From: Candidatus Krumholzibacteriales bacterium | GTDB lineage: Bacteria > Krumholzibacteriota > Krumholzibacteriia > Krumholzibacteriales > WJIX01 | Direction: 5' to 3' | NCBI GenBank assembly: GCA_046483305.1 | Contig: JAWODM010000024.1 | Coordinates: 25,714 to 89,713, forward strand | Length of the DNA: 64,000 bases | Shown here: positions 19,520 to 31,509 of the stretch, piece by piece | Layout of the letters: the number at the start of each line of letters is the position of its first letter | Numbering within the stretch: the stretch's first letter is position 1 | The notes under the pieces: generated by a model | The model's database searches: none | Seen by the model: the letters and a program-made list of their open reading frames with translations, nothing else | Told to the model about the DNA's origin: nothing | Program-made: the position numbers and the translations under genes

Positions 19520-19720
19520 TTTCCACAATATCAACATCCCTTCTGTTGACAACTGTTCATTTCTGTTAGTATCTTCGCGCTCCGCTGGAATCATGTGGAT
19601 AAAAATTTTTAATAAACATGATTGTCAACAACTCCCCGGGGAGATTTTCAGCCGGCGCGACACGCCATCGGTAATTTTCTTCAACATATCAACAGCGCCT
19701 ACTTCTTCTAATTCATTTCT
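19519..19720. other. Replication origin oriC (dnaA-dnaN intergenic) with DnaA boxes and DnaA-trios
   Basis: Perfect TGTGGATAA 19594-19602; variant boxes at 19519, 19528, 19544, 19622, 19678, 19686; then GCGC and CTA-CTT-CTT-CTA (19699-19710); gene orientation and G/C skew switch across this region. Confidence 0.85.
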
Positions 19721-19769
19721 TCAGGAAATTAAGAAGATGAAGAGAGAATCGAACGGGGCGCTCTTTCCC

Positions 19770-19798
19770 TTGACTTATCGTTTCCCCGGGATTAGAAT
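19770..19798 (+). promoter_or_regulatory. Sigma70-type promoter upstream of dnaN
   Basis: TTGACT-N17-TAGAAT. Confidence 0.6.
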
Positions 19799-19918
19799 GC
19801 TGTTTGTAAATCTGATAATCATCATGGAAACCGGCGGGTTCCGATTTGAAAATCGCCGGAAATATGGATAAACAGACGTTCGGGGAGACTATCTGGCTAT
19901 TTTTTCGGGAGGTCATGT

Positions 19919-21025
19919 GTGAAAAGCATTATTCGTTTAGATGAGATCAAGGAGAATATCAACACTATATCAAGGGTTGTCCCCGGAAAGACAACCATGC
20001 CCATATTATCGATGGTGCTCATGAAAACTGAAGGAGGCAAGCTGTCCCTTTCTGCTACGGACCTGGATATTTCGGTCACCTCCAGACTGGAAGCTGATAT
20101 AGAAAAAGAGGGGGCGGTAGCGGCGCCAGCCAGAAAAGTGGGCGAAATAATCAAGTCGCTCTCCGGAGAAGAGGTCCGGTTCGAAGCCGAAAACGAAAAA
20201 CTTACGATTTCATGCGGAAGAAGCAGGTTTGAAATCAACGGAAGAAACCCCGGGGATTTCCCGGAGATACCCAAGCAGGATAAGAAGTTCTCCTTCAAAA
20301 TAGACTACAGGCTCCTTCAAAAACTGATTGAGAAAACAGTCTACGCCGTGTCCACGGACCTTTCCAGGCCGGCGCTGTGCGGCGTTCTCTGGAAGATTGG
20401 CGATGAGGGAATAACCATGGTATCAACTGACGGACACAGGCTGGCGAAGATCGACCTCAAGAAACCTATCGCCGGCGCCGAATCCATAGACGTCATCATA
20501 CCACCCAAGGCTCTGTCGACCTTAAGCCATTTTTCAGGCAGGGAAGAAATGGTAAATGTCGATATTGCCGGGAACAGCGTCTCCTTCAGTGTGGAGGACC
20601 TCAAGATATACTCCAGATTGCTGGAAGGCCCCTTCCCCGATTTCAGAAGGGTGATACCGGAAGGCAACAGGAAGAAGCTGACTGTCTCGGCGGGAGCGCT
20701 TGCCGATGCTACCGGCAGGGTCTCCATACTTTCCGATTCCCTTACCAACCTGGTTGTCTTTTCGCTGGATAAAGACAAACTGGTTCTGAAGGTTGAGACC
20801 AAGGAGGTTGGGGGAGCCAGGGAAGAGATAGACGCGGAATACTCTCACGAACCGATGGATATAGGCTACAATGCCAGGTACGTACAGGATATATTGAAGA
20901 CAGTGGAAGACGATCAGATAGATTTCCTCCTGGACAGGCCGGATAACGCGGGGGTGGCGGTACCGGGGAATCAGAAAGAAGAATACGAACACATGTGCAT
21001 AATTATGCCCCTCAGGATTAATTAG
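19919..21025 (+). CDS. dnaN: DNA polymerase III beta sliding clamp
   Basis: T.PILS, L.ATDLDI, SRPAL.GV, STDGHRLA, SRLLEG.FPD..RVIP, IMPLR. Confidence 0.96.
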   Translation: MKSIIRLDEIKENINTISRVVPGKTTMPILSMVLMKTEGGKLSLSATDLDISVTSRLEADIEKEGAVAAPARKVGEIIKSLSGEEVRFEAENEKLTISCGRSRFEINGRNPGDFPEIPKQDKKFSFKIDYRLLQKLIEKTVYAVSTDLSRPALCGVLWKIGDEGITMVSTDGHRLAKIDLKKPIAGAESIDVIIPPKALSTLSHFSGREEMVNVDIAGNSVSFSVEDLKIYSRLLEGPFPDFRRVIPEGNRKKLTVSAGALADATGRVSILSDSLTNLVVFSLDKDKLVLKVETKEVGGAREEIDAEYSHEPMDIGYNARYVQDILKTVEDDQIDFLLDRPDNAGVAVPGNQKEEYEHMCIIMPLRIN

Positions 21026-21054
21026 TAAGGACGGGCCGTCGAAGTGTCAGGGAA

Positions 21055-22146
21055 ATGCGATTACTCAATCTGGAACTAAGGAATTTCAGGAATCTCAAGG
21101 ACACCAGGCTGGAATTCTCCCCGGCCGTCAATCTGATAACAGGCAGAAACTCCCAGGGTAAGACCAATCTGCTTGAGGCCGTGTACCTGTTCTGCCTGGG
21201 AAGATCTTTCCGGTCTTCAAATCGAACCGATATGATATCCTTTGGAGAGGAGCACCTGTTTCTGAAGGCGTCGGTGGAGAGTGATACCGGCGTTGGAGAG
21301 ACCATTGAGATAGGGATGAGCAGGGGCGGGGAGAAGAGGATCAGGGTCAACGGCGCAAGGGTGGAAGGGTTTTCGGGTGTTATCGGAAAGGTGCCGGGGG
21401 TTCTGTTCACGGCAGGCGATGTGGACCTGGTGGCCGGTTCGCCGTCCTCCAGGAGGAGTTTCATCGACCACACCGCCTCTCAGATATCGTCAGAGTACCT
21501 CGGCAATCTGAGAGAGTATTACAGAGCGCTCCGGCAGAGGAACGCAGAGTTGAAGGAGGCCGGAGATGGAAAGGGGAGGGGGTTGACCAGGGCGCTGGCC
21601 GCGTTACTGGCCGAAAAGGGAGAGAAGGTGGTATCGGGAAGGCGTGACGTTCTGTCCGATATCAGGTCCGCATCCATGGATCTGCTGAGGGAGATATTCA
21701 CGGACAGGATGGAGGTGGGGATGAATTATATAAGTTCGGTAAGGGAAGGGGAGGGCGGCTATTCGGAGAATATGATAAGTACTCTGGAGAGAAGAGCGGA
21801 TGAGGAGATCAGGAGAGGGTACACAGTTGCGGGGCCGCACAGGGACGATATCCGTATAACCATGGATAAACTGAATATGAGAAAGTTCGGGTCTCAGGGC
21901 AGAAAAAGGCTGATCGCGATAGTTATGAAGATCGCCCAGGCGGAGGTTATAAACAGCAGGAAGGGAGAAAAACCGCTGGTTCTTCTTGACGATATATTTT
22001 CTGAACTGGACCGGGGGGTGGAGAGGGAAGTGGGTGGTTTCATCTCCGGAAAGTATCAGAATTTCATAACCTCGCCCCGGGCTGTGGAACTGGCCGCGCC
22101 GGGGAAATCAGCCGGTTTTACAGTAGAGAACGGAGTAATTACATGA
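21055..22146 (+). CDS. recF: DNA replication/repair protein RecF
   Basis: NFRNL, G.N.QGKTNLLEA, G.P..RR.F.D, GPHRDD, GSQG, LLDDIFSELD. Confidence 0.95.
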   Translation: MRLLNLELRNFRNLKDTRLEFSPAVNLITGRNSQGKTNLLEAVYLFCLGRSFRSSNRTDMISFGEEHLFLKASVESDTGVGETIEIGMSRGGEKRIRVNGARVEGFSGVIGKVPGVLFTAGDVDLVAGSPSSRRSFIDHTASQISSEYLGNLREYYRALRQRNAELKEAGDGKGRGLTRALAALLAEKGEKVVSGRRDVLSDIRSASMDLLREIFTDRMEVGMNYISSVREGEGGYSENMISTLERRADEEIRRGYTVAGPHRDDIRITMDKLNMRKFGSQGRKRLIAIVMKIAQAEVINSRKGEKPLVLLDDIFSELDRGVEREVGGFISGKYQNFITSPRAVELAAPGKSAGFTVENGVIT

Positions 22147-22253
22147 CCGGGAGACAGGGGTTGCTTGGGGATTAATAATCGGTGTTGAGATTAAACCGTT
22201 TTTTCTTTATTATTCTACTGTTTAACTGTAGTATTTTCGCATGAGAGGAAATT

Positions 22254-24490
<2,237 letters not shown>

Positions 24491-24554
24491 TGATTACTGA
24501 TAAATATAGTGGATTGAAGGGATCGCAGATAGTGTGTTCAGGAGGAAACGGTAA

Positions 24555-27101
24555 ATGGAGATAAACAGACAGCGGATTATAGAGAGTTATATCGAGGACG
24601 AGGTCAGGAGCAGTTATCTTGACTATTCAATGAGCGTTATCGTGTCCAGGGCCCTGCCCGATGTCAGGGACGGACTCAAACCGGTCCACCGGAGGATTCT
24701 GGTGGCGATGAACGACCTTAGCCTCAAGCATAACAGGCCCTTCAGAAAATCAGCCAAGGTCGCCGGTGACGTCACCGGTAACTACCATCCACATGGAACC
24801 AAATCGGCATATGACGCCATTGTCAGGATGGCCCAGCATTTCTCGCTCAGATATCCGCTGGTGGAGGGCCAGGGCAACTTCGGGTCGATAGACGGAGACC
24901 CGGCTGCGGCTGAACGCTATACCGAAGTGCGGATGGAGAAACTCGCCGAGGAGCTTCTGGAAGACCTGGACAAGGAAACGGTGAAATTCGTCCCCAACTA
25001 TGACGAGACCCGGCAGATGCCGATAGTGCTGCCGGCCAAGGTCCCCAACCTTCTGATTAACGGGGCTTCCGGGATAGCGGTGGGGATGGCAACCAACGTG
25101 CCCCCGCACAACATAACCGAGATAATAGATGGAGTAAAAGCCCTGCTGAAGGACCCGGAGACAGATATCGACAGCCTTTCCAGAATTGTAAAGGGGCCCG
25201 ACTTTCCCACCGGCGGGATAATATGCGGCCGGGAGGGGATTAGAAAGGCCTACCGGACGGGGAAGGGCAAGATAGTGCTGCGGGCCCGGGCCACCATTGA
25301 GAAGAAGAAGAGGGGCAAGACCGATATAGTGGTCAACGAAATACCATACCAGACCAGCAAGGCCAGCATAATCGAAAAGGTTGCGGAACTGGTCAGGAAC
25401 AAGAAGATAGAAGGCATAAGAGATATCAGGGACGAGTCCGACAAGGAAGGGATGAGAATCGTAATAGAGTTGAAGAAGGACGCATACCCCAAGGTTGTCC
25501 TCAACAAACTGTACAAGCATACTCAGCTCCAGGTCAGTTACGGCATCATAATGCTAGCCCTCAAGGGCGGCCTGGAACCCAGGGTGATGAACCTCAAGCA
25601 GATTATGCAGGCATTCCTGGATCACAGGGAGGAGATAGTTACCCGGCGAACCCGGTACGAGCTGAAGAAGGCCGAGGAGAGGGCGCATATACTGGAAGGT
25701 TATAAGAAGGCGCTGGATAATATTGATGAGATAGTAGCCCTGATAAAGAAGAGCGCCTCGCCCAATGAAGCCAGGAACGGGCTGATGAAGAAATTCGGGC
25801 TGACCGAAATACAGGCCCAGGCCATCCTGGACATGAAACTGCAGCGCCTGACCGGACTGGAGAGGAAGAAAATAGAGGAGGAATACCTGGCCCTGATTCA
25901 GAAGATAGAGTACTACCGGTCGGTCCTGGAGAGCAGAACCAGGCTTCTCGGTTTGATTGATAAGGAGCTGGACGAGATCAGGGATGAATTCGGAGATGAG
26001 AGAAGAACCGAGATAATAGCGGGAGAGGGCGAGTTCGAGATAGAGGACCTGATAGCGGAAGAGGATATGATTATCACCATTACCCACGAGGGTTACATCA
26101 AGAGGATCTCCACCGGCATCTACCGGCAGCAGAGGCGCGGAGGCAGAGGGGTCAAGGGGATGGAGATGAAGGACGAGGACTTCGTGGAACACCTGTTCAT
26201 AGCTTCCACTCACAGCTATATCATGTTCTTCACCGACAAGGGCAAGTGCTACTGGCTAAAGGTGCATGAGATCCCCAGGGGCGGAAGGCTGTCCAAGGGC
26301 AAGGCGGTAGTGAACCTCCTTCAGCTCTCGTCGGAGGAGAGAATCACCGCTTTTATTCAGGTAGAGGATTTTGAGAGGGACGCGTACCTGATGATGGCCA
26401 CCAGGAAGGGATACGTAAAGAAGACCCACCTGTCCGAGTATTCCAATCCCAGGAGAGACGGGATCAAGGCGATAGTGCTCAAGGGAGACGACAGTCTGGT
26501 AAGGGCGGCCTTAACCACCGGGAATGACGATATCATCCTGGCCAGAAAGACCGGGAGGGTAATCAGATTTAACGAGGAAGAGGTCAGGCCGATGGGAAGG
26601 GTCTCCAGAGGGGTGAAGGGCCTGAAAATGAAAAAGGATGGGGAGGTTAAGGAGATGGTGGTGGTTAAGAGCGCCAAGACCCTTCTGTTTGTTACTGAAA
26701 ACGGCTACGGAAAGCGGGTCAGAATAAAAGACATAAGAAACCAGAAGCGCGGAGGGATGGGGCTGAAGGCGATCCCGGCCGAAGGCAGAAACGGGGCCCT
26801 GGTAACGGTCAGGGAGGTGTTCGATACGGACGAATTCGTGATGATCACCAAGAACGGATTAGTAGTGAAGGCGCCGGTTTCAGATGTGAGAACTATGAGG
26901 CGGCAGGCCCAGGGTGTAAAGCTGATAAGGCTTGACCAGGATGACAGGCTGGTGGATGTGGCGCTGGTGGCGAGCGAGGAATCCGGCAGTAATGCCAGCG
27001 GAGATGAGGATAGCCAGGCCGAAGAGAACCAGGCCTATGAAAACGAAGCCGACGAGAACGAGGCCGGGGAGGGCCAGGAAGAAGATTCCGGCGAAGAATA
27101 A
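24555..27101 (+). CDS. gyrA: DNA gyrase subunit A
   Basis: SYLDYSMSVIV.RALPDVRDGLKPVHRRIL, RYTE catalytic Tyr, GyrA-box QRRGGRG, acidic C-terminal tail. Confidence 0.98.
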   Translation: MEINRQRIIESYIEDEVRSSYLDYSMSVIVSRALPDVRDGLKPVHRRILVAMNDLSLKHNRPFRKSAKVAGDVTGNYHPHGTKSAYDAIVRMAQHFSLRYPLVEGQGNFGSIDGDPAAAERYTEVRMEKLAEELLEDLDKETVKFVPNYDETRQMPIVLPAKVPNLLINGASGIAVGMATNVPPHNITEIIDGVKALLKDPETDIDSLSRIVKGPDFPTGGIICGREGIRKAYRTGKGKIVLRARATIEKKKRGKTDIVVNEIPYQTSKASIIEKVAELVRNKKIEGIRDIRDESDKEGMRIVIELKKDAYPKVVLNKLYKHTQLQVSYGIIMLALKGGLEPRVMNLKQIMQAFLDHREEIVTRRTRYELKKAEERAHILEGYKKALDNIDEIVALIKKSASPNEARNGLMKKFGLTEIQAQAILDMKLQRLTGLERKKIEEEYLALIQKIEYYRSVLESRTRLLGLIDKELDEIRDEFGDERRTEIIAGEGEFEIEDLIAEEDMIITITHEGYIKRISTGIYRQQRRGGRGVKGMEMKDEDFVEHLFIASTHSYIMFFTDKGKCYWLKVHEIPRGGRLSKGKAVVNLLQLSSEERITAFIQVEDFERDAYLMMATRKGYVKKTHLSEYSNPRRDGIKAIVLKGDDSLVRAALTTGNDDIILARKTGRVIRFNEEEVRPMGRVSRGVKGLKMKKDGEVKEMVVVKSAKTLLFVTENGYGKRVRIKDIRNQKRGGMGLKAIPAEGRNGALVTVREVFDTDEFVMITKNGLVVKAPVSDVRTMRRQAQGVKLIRLDQDDRLVDVALVASEESGSNASGDEDSQAEENQAYENEADENEAGEGQEEDSGEE

Positions 27102-27118
27102 GCCGGGCCTGATTACAG

Positions 27119-28753
27119 ATGAAATTAACGCAACTGCATAAACTCTGTTTGATTGCGATCATGATTCCGCTCTTTGCCGCGGCGCCTCTGAGCGGGGACG
27201 GGAAGGCCATGCGTAGGGGGAGATCGCGGGGCGCGGTGATAGCCGTTCAGGCCGGGCAGGGAGCTATCCGGCTCAGGTGGGATGGTACCGGAAGGTGCCG
27301 GGCCGCCGGCATGGAGATTTCGGTGGAAGGCCCGGGCGGGCTGGTTTTCAGGGAGGTAAGCTATACCTGGGGAAAGGAAAAGCTTCAGGAAGGCTGCCAG
27401 GGCGGGGTGAGGTTTCCGCCGGAAAGGGCGGATGACGACGGGGACGGACTGGTGAACGAGGATTTTCTGGACGGAAGGGATAATGACGGAGACGGCCTGG
27501 TAGATGAGGATTTTGCCGCTGTCGGTGACAGAATGACGGTAGTGGAAGCTGCCGGGCGCGATACCGGCTTCAGGATGCTCAACCGCGTTTTCAGGTGGAC
27601 CTATGATCATGTATCCGATTTCGCGGGGATATCGACGGTTCTGGATACCGGGCCGGGAGGAGAGTTACCAGACACCCTGGCTATGAGGCTGGAATATTTT
27701 TCCCCCGTTGAAGGCTGCGGTTCCGATGAGAGAATATTTGCCCGGGTAATGGAGCTGCCCGGCGCCGCTGGGGAGGACACCCTTCGAATACCGCTTCTTT
27801 CGGACGGGAATTCCATTGCAGGAGTGATTATCCTGGGCGGGCGGGCCGACTATAAGCTTTGGGCGGAGCTGGAAACAGAGCGGCTTCCCAGCGCGGGGAG
27901 GACTGACAGGGCGGAAAGAGGCAACTGGCAGTTATGCTCGAATGCGGCGGTTGTAATAAATCTGGACAGGCAGGTGGAAGAGGCTGAGCTGAGGGAGAGC
28001 GAAATCTGCTGGGCGGTTATTTTCGGGGAAACGGACAAACAGGTAGAGAGCAGCGCCAGAGCCGCCCGGGCGACATACCTTGGAGCGGAGGCCGCGGCGG
28101 GGATGAATATGCGCTGGGTGGTTCCCGCAAGGAAGGTGCAGGTTGTGGAGCTGGAGTCCCGCCATGTAGTATCCTGGAATGAGGGCAGGGGAGGAAAGGC
28201 TCTGGAGGTAGAGATTCCGCTGGAGCTGACAGGACTGGGAATAAAATGGATCAGGGTCAACGACCGCCCGGTGACCTCTTATACAGTTACCGGACGCGGA
28301 ATTCTGATAGACCGGCCCGCTAAAGGAGGGGGAGCGGTTGAGATAGAGGGAGAATTTTCAGAAGGGCCGCTGTTCCGCTCAGTGGCCGCCCCGGATGAAA
28401 GCGGACGGGAAAACAGCGACAGTTCCATGATGCTGCCGGAATCATTCGTAAAACTTTATCCGAATCCCTTCGTGGATAATGTGAATATAACCCTGGAAAT
28501 AACCAGGAGTATGGACCCGGTTTCAGGCCTGGAGAACAGTGTCATTGGGGGAAGCAGCGCGGTGAAAATATACGATGTGAGGGGAGAGCTGGTTAAAACC
28601 ATTTCCGAGAGGGAATTTATGCCGCCGGGCAGCTACGACCTTCAGTGGGACGGAACGGACAGGAGGCAGCAGAAGGTAGCGCCGGGAGTGTATTACTGCA
28701 CTCTGAAGATAGGGGACAGGTCCCTGACCAAGAGGGTAATCCTGCTGAAATAA
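27119..28753 (+). CDS. Secreted protein with Ca-binding D.D.DG repeats and a C-terminal FlgD-like / T9SS-CTD-like Ig domain
   Basis: Signal peptide; DDDGDGLVNED...DNDGDGLVDED; YPNPF...KIYDVRGELVKT...WDG.D.....V.PGVYY........TKRVILLK. Confidence 0.75.
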   Translation: MKLTQLHKLCLIAIMIPLFAAAPLSGDGKAMRRGRSRGAVIAVQAGQGAIRLRWDGTGRCRAAGMEISVEGPGGLVFREVSYTWGKEKLQEGCQGGVRFPPERADDDGDGLVNEDFLDGRDNDGDGLVDEDFAAVGDRMTVVEAAGRDTGFRMLNRVFRWTYDHVSDFAGISTVLDTGPGGELPDTLAMRLEYFSPVEGCGSDERIFARVMELPGAAGEDTLRIPLLSDGNSIAGVIILGGRADYKLWAELETERLPSAGRTDRAERGNWQLCSNAAVVINLDRQVEEAELRESEICWAVIFGETDKQVESSARAARATYLGAEAAAGMNMRWVVPARKVQVVELESRHVVSWNEGRGGKALEVEIPLELTGLGIKWIRVNDRPVTSYTVTGRGILIDRPAKGGGAVEIEGEFSEGPLFRSVAAPDESGRENSDSSMMLPESFVKLYPNPFVDNVNITLEITRSMDPVSGLENSVIGGSSAVKIYDVRGELVKTISEREFMPPGSYDLQWDGTDRRQQKVAPGVYYCTLKIGDRSLTKRVILLK

Positions 28754-28756
28754 TTC

Positions 28757-30052
28757 ATGATGAAAATTCCTGAGATTCCGGATGAACGAGCGCTGCTGAT
28801 AGGGGTAAAACTGCCTGGCTCCACCATGGCCGAGGAGGAAGCGAATCTCAGGGAGCTCAGAGCGCTGACCAGATCGGCGGGCGCGGCGGTGGCCGGAACG
28901 GTCATTCAGCAGATGACCAGAATAAACGGCTCCACATACATAGGAAAGGGAAAGCTGGAGGAGGCCGGGAGGATCGTCCGGGAAGAAGGGGTAAACCTGG
29001 TGGTTTTCGACGATACTCTCTCTCCGGCGCAGGGCGCCAGGATAGAAAAAATTCTGGACGTCAACGTACTGGACCGTACGGAGATCATCCTGGATATTTT
29101 TTCGAGGCGGGCCAGAAGCAAACAGGCGAAGATTCAGGTTGAAATAGCCCAGCTGACCTACGCGCTGCCAAGGCTGAAGAGGCTGTGGGACCACCTCTCC
29201 AGGCAGGCCGGGGGGATAGGTACCAGGGGGCCGGGAGAGACCCAGCTGGAGGTCGACCGCCGGAGGGTCAGAGAGAGGATCAGAAGGCTGAAACGGGAAC
29301 TGGAGAGGATAAACAGGAGCGCCAGGGAGAGAAGAAAGAGAAGAAAGGACGCCTTCAACGTAACTATCGTAGGATACACCAACGCCGGCAAATCGACCCT
29401 GCTGAACAGAATCTCCGGCAGCGCGGTCTATCAGAGCGGCACGCTGTTTTCGACTCTGGATTCGACCACCAGAAGGGTGGAAAGGGCTGGAAGAGCGGAC
29501 TGCCTGTTCACCGACACCGTCGGTTTCATAAGGAAACTGCCCCCTGATCTGGTGGCGAGTTTTAAAAGCACCCTGATGGATGTGGAAGAGGCGGACCTTC
29601 TTATTCATGTGGTGGACGCTTCGGCTTCCGGGATAGAGGAAAAAATCGAAGTGGTGAACGGGGTGCTGAAGGATATATTCAGCTCCAGCCCCGGAGGAGA
29701 AGAGGTCCCTACCTGGCTGGTAATGAATAAAACGGATGTCATCGACCGGGGAAGCCTGGACCGGCTGCGGCGCCGGTATGAAAGCGCTGTTTTTCTCAGC
29801 GCCGCCACCGGGGAAGGAGTTGAAAGGCTGATGACGAGGGTGGACAGCTTTCTCAGAAGCGGCCGGATAGAAATAGAGGTAACAGTTCCGCTTTCGGAGG
29901 GAAAAACCATAGCCCTGGTGGAGGAAGCCGGAGAGGTGCTCAGCAGGGAGGTGAGAGGAGAGACCCTGGTGATCACCGCCCTGATTAAAAGGCAGCAGCT
30001 GAATCTATTGGAAAAAAAGGGTGAAGTCCGGGTAAACCTGTCCGGGGACTGA
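28757..30052 (+). CDS. hflX: Ribosome-splitting GTPase HflX
   Basis: IG.GKLEE, DRT.IILDIF..RA.S, GGIGTRGPGETQLE.DRR, GYTNAGKSTL.N, DTVGFI. Confidence 0.96.
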   Translation: MMKIPEIPDERALLIGVKLPGSTMAEEEANLRELRALTRSAGAAVAGTVIQQMTRINGSTYIGKGKLEEAGRIVREEGVNLVVFDDTLSPAQGARIEKILDVNVLDRTEIILDIFSRRARSKQAKIQVEIAQLTYALPRLKRLWDHLSRQAGGIGTRGPGETQLEVDRRRVRERIRRLKRELERINRSARERRKRRKDAFNVTIVGYTNAGKSTLLNRISGSAVYQSGTLFSTLDSTTRRVERAGRADCLFTDTVGFIRKLPPDLVASFKSTLMDVEEADLLIHVVDASASGIEEKIEVVNGVLKDIFSSSPGGEEVPTWLVMNKTDVIDRGSLDRLRRRYESAVFLSAATGEGVERLMTRVDSFLRSGRIEIEVTVPLSEGKTIALVEEAGEVLSREVRGETLVITALIKRQQLNLLEKKGEVRVNLSGD

Positions 30053-31345
30053 TCATTCTTCCTTATACCGGAGCTTTCCATTCTCCAGCTGTACTGACGG
30101 GAATTTCGAGGCCATGTATTTCCTGTACCTTATTGCCGGTGGCGAATCGACCCTTGCGTCATAGCTCTTGTTCAGCTGAGTAATAATAAAGAAAGCCAGT
30201 ACAATGAAGAAGAAGGGAACTGCGAGGGGAACCATTCTGAACCATCTCTTGTGAGATATCAGCCGGGAGCAGTAAACCGCGCCGGCGGAAATAACAGTGG
30301 TGAAACCGGCGGATACCAGGTAGAGATGCCGGATGTTCAGCCAGTCGCTGGGGAACTGGAACAGGGAGAAGGGCAGGACCATTATATAGGTCCAGGCAAT
30401 AAAGAAACGGATGGTCTTGTTCCCGAAAACGAATCCGAAGAAGGAGTAGGAGATAACGGTAAGAGCTATCAGAAACCTTATCCCGGTGGCCAGGCGGTGG
30501 ATAGTTACCACCAGCGTTCCCGACTCGGATACCAGGTGAGAGGTATGTATCGGGAATATCATCCTCACCAGATAGTTGATCACATTCTTGGGGGTGATAT
30601 AGAGAAGCTTCAGAATGCCCGGCGATTCCCTGTAGAATACCGGAGTGTATTGGAACAGCAGGCTCTTGGCTATAATGACTATTATCACCACCGCCAGAAG
30701 AACGACGAACCCGGCGTCAAATACCTTTCTGTTCTCCCCGCCCCTGTCATGAAAGAAGAAGTTAAACGCCAGAAAACACCCAAGAATGGAGAAGCTGGTG
30801 CTTTTTACAAGCATCGATGCCAGGAAGAAGAGGAAGGTGAGAAAAAACCAGACAGTGAATATGCGCCCTTTCTTCTCCAGCTCGTTCTTGAAATAAAAGA
30901 GCATGGTAAGAAGCGTCAGGGTGGTGATCATCAGGTCCTCGAAACCGGAGGCTATCATTACCGCCTTTCCGTAGTTGCCCACCGTAAATACGAACAGGAT
31001 CCCTGAAAGCAGGGCTACCTTCATGTCCCTGAGAAGGGTGTTGACCATGAGATAGACCAGGAACGCGTTAATGGCATGCAGTATTATATTGAACATGAAG
31101 TATGGGCGCGGATTGAAGCGGAACTTCTCGAACATGAAGTAATGGACCGCGTAGACCAGCGGTTGAAACTTGAAGGTGGCGCTGGAGCTGAACAGGCTGG
31201 AGCTCCCCTCATCGAGACGGAGGCTCTTCTGAAGAAGCACAAAGTCGGTGTCGTGCCAGAACCCGTTGTCGAGAGTCAGGGCAAAGAAAATAAAAGCCAG
31301 GACGATTAATGAGACCAGTATTAAAAGGGATCGTGACAGATTGAT
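30053..31345 (-). CDS. Polytopic membrane protein, GT-C (PMT/TMTC-like) glycosyltransferase-like; true start probably non-canonical and upstream of the called GTG at 31240
   Basis: The in-frame extension adds a TM helix and DNGFWHDTD; FQPL, N..LH.IN..LVY, multiple TM segments. Confidence 0.6.
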   Translation of the reverse strand: MNLSRSLLILVSLIVLAFIFFALTLDNGFWHDTDFVLLQKSLRLDEGSSSLFSSSATFKFQPLVYAVHYFMFEKFRFNPRPYFMFNIILHAINAFLVYLMVNTLLRDMKVALLSGILFVFTVGNYGKAVMIASGFEDLMITTLTLLTMLFYFKNELEKKGRIFTVWFFLTFLFFLASMLVKSTSFSILGCFLAFNFFFHDRGGENRKVFDAGFVVLLAVVIIVIIAKSLLFQYTPVFYRESPGILKLLYITPKNVINYLVRMIFPIHTSHLVSESGTLVVTIHRLATGIRFLIALTVISYSFFGFVFGNKTIRFFIAWTYIMVLPFSLFQFPSDWLNIRHLYLVSAGFTTVISAGAVYCSRLISHKRWFRMVPLAVPFFFIVLAFFIITQLNKSYDARVDSPPAIRYRKYMASKFPSVQLENGKLRYKEE

Positions 31346-31509
31346 TTTTATTACCTTCCCGGGTCAGTTCGTTAGTTGCCGGTACTTTCCATATTCCATT
31401 ATAACATTAATGGGGGATTTCGCGCTACAGGTTTGCCGCAAAAATCCCCTCCCGAAATAAGCGGAAAAGCCACGGCGGCTGTCTCTATCTGAACCGCGGC
31501 GCCCCCGTT

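Noticed and set aside
19593..19916. Short ORFs (92 aa plus, 67 aa minus) between dnaA and dnaN
   Set aside because: They run through DnaA boxes, trios and the dnaN promoter; the region is better explained as oriC.
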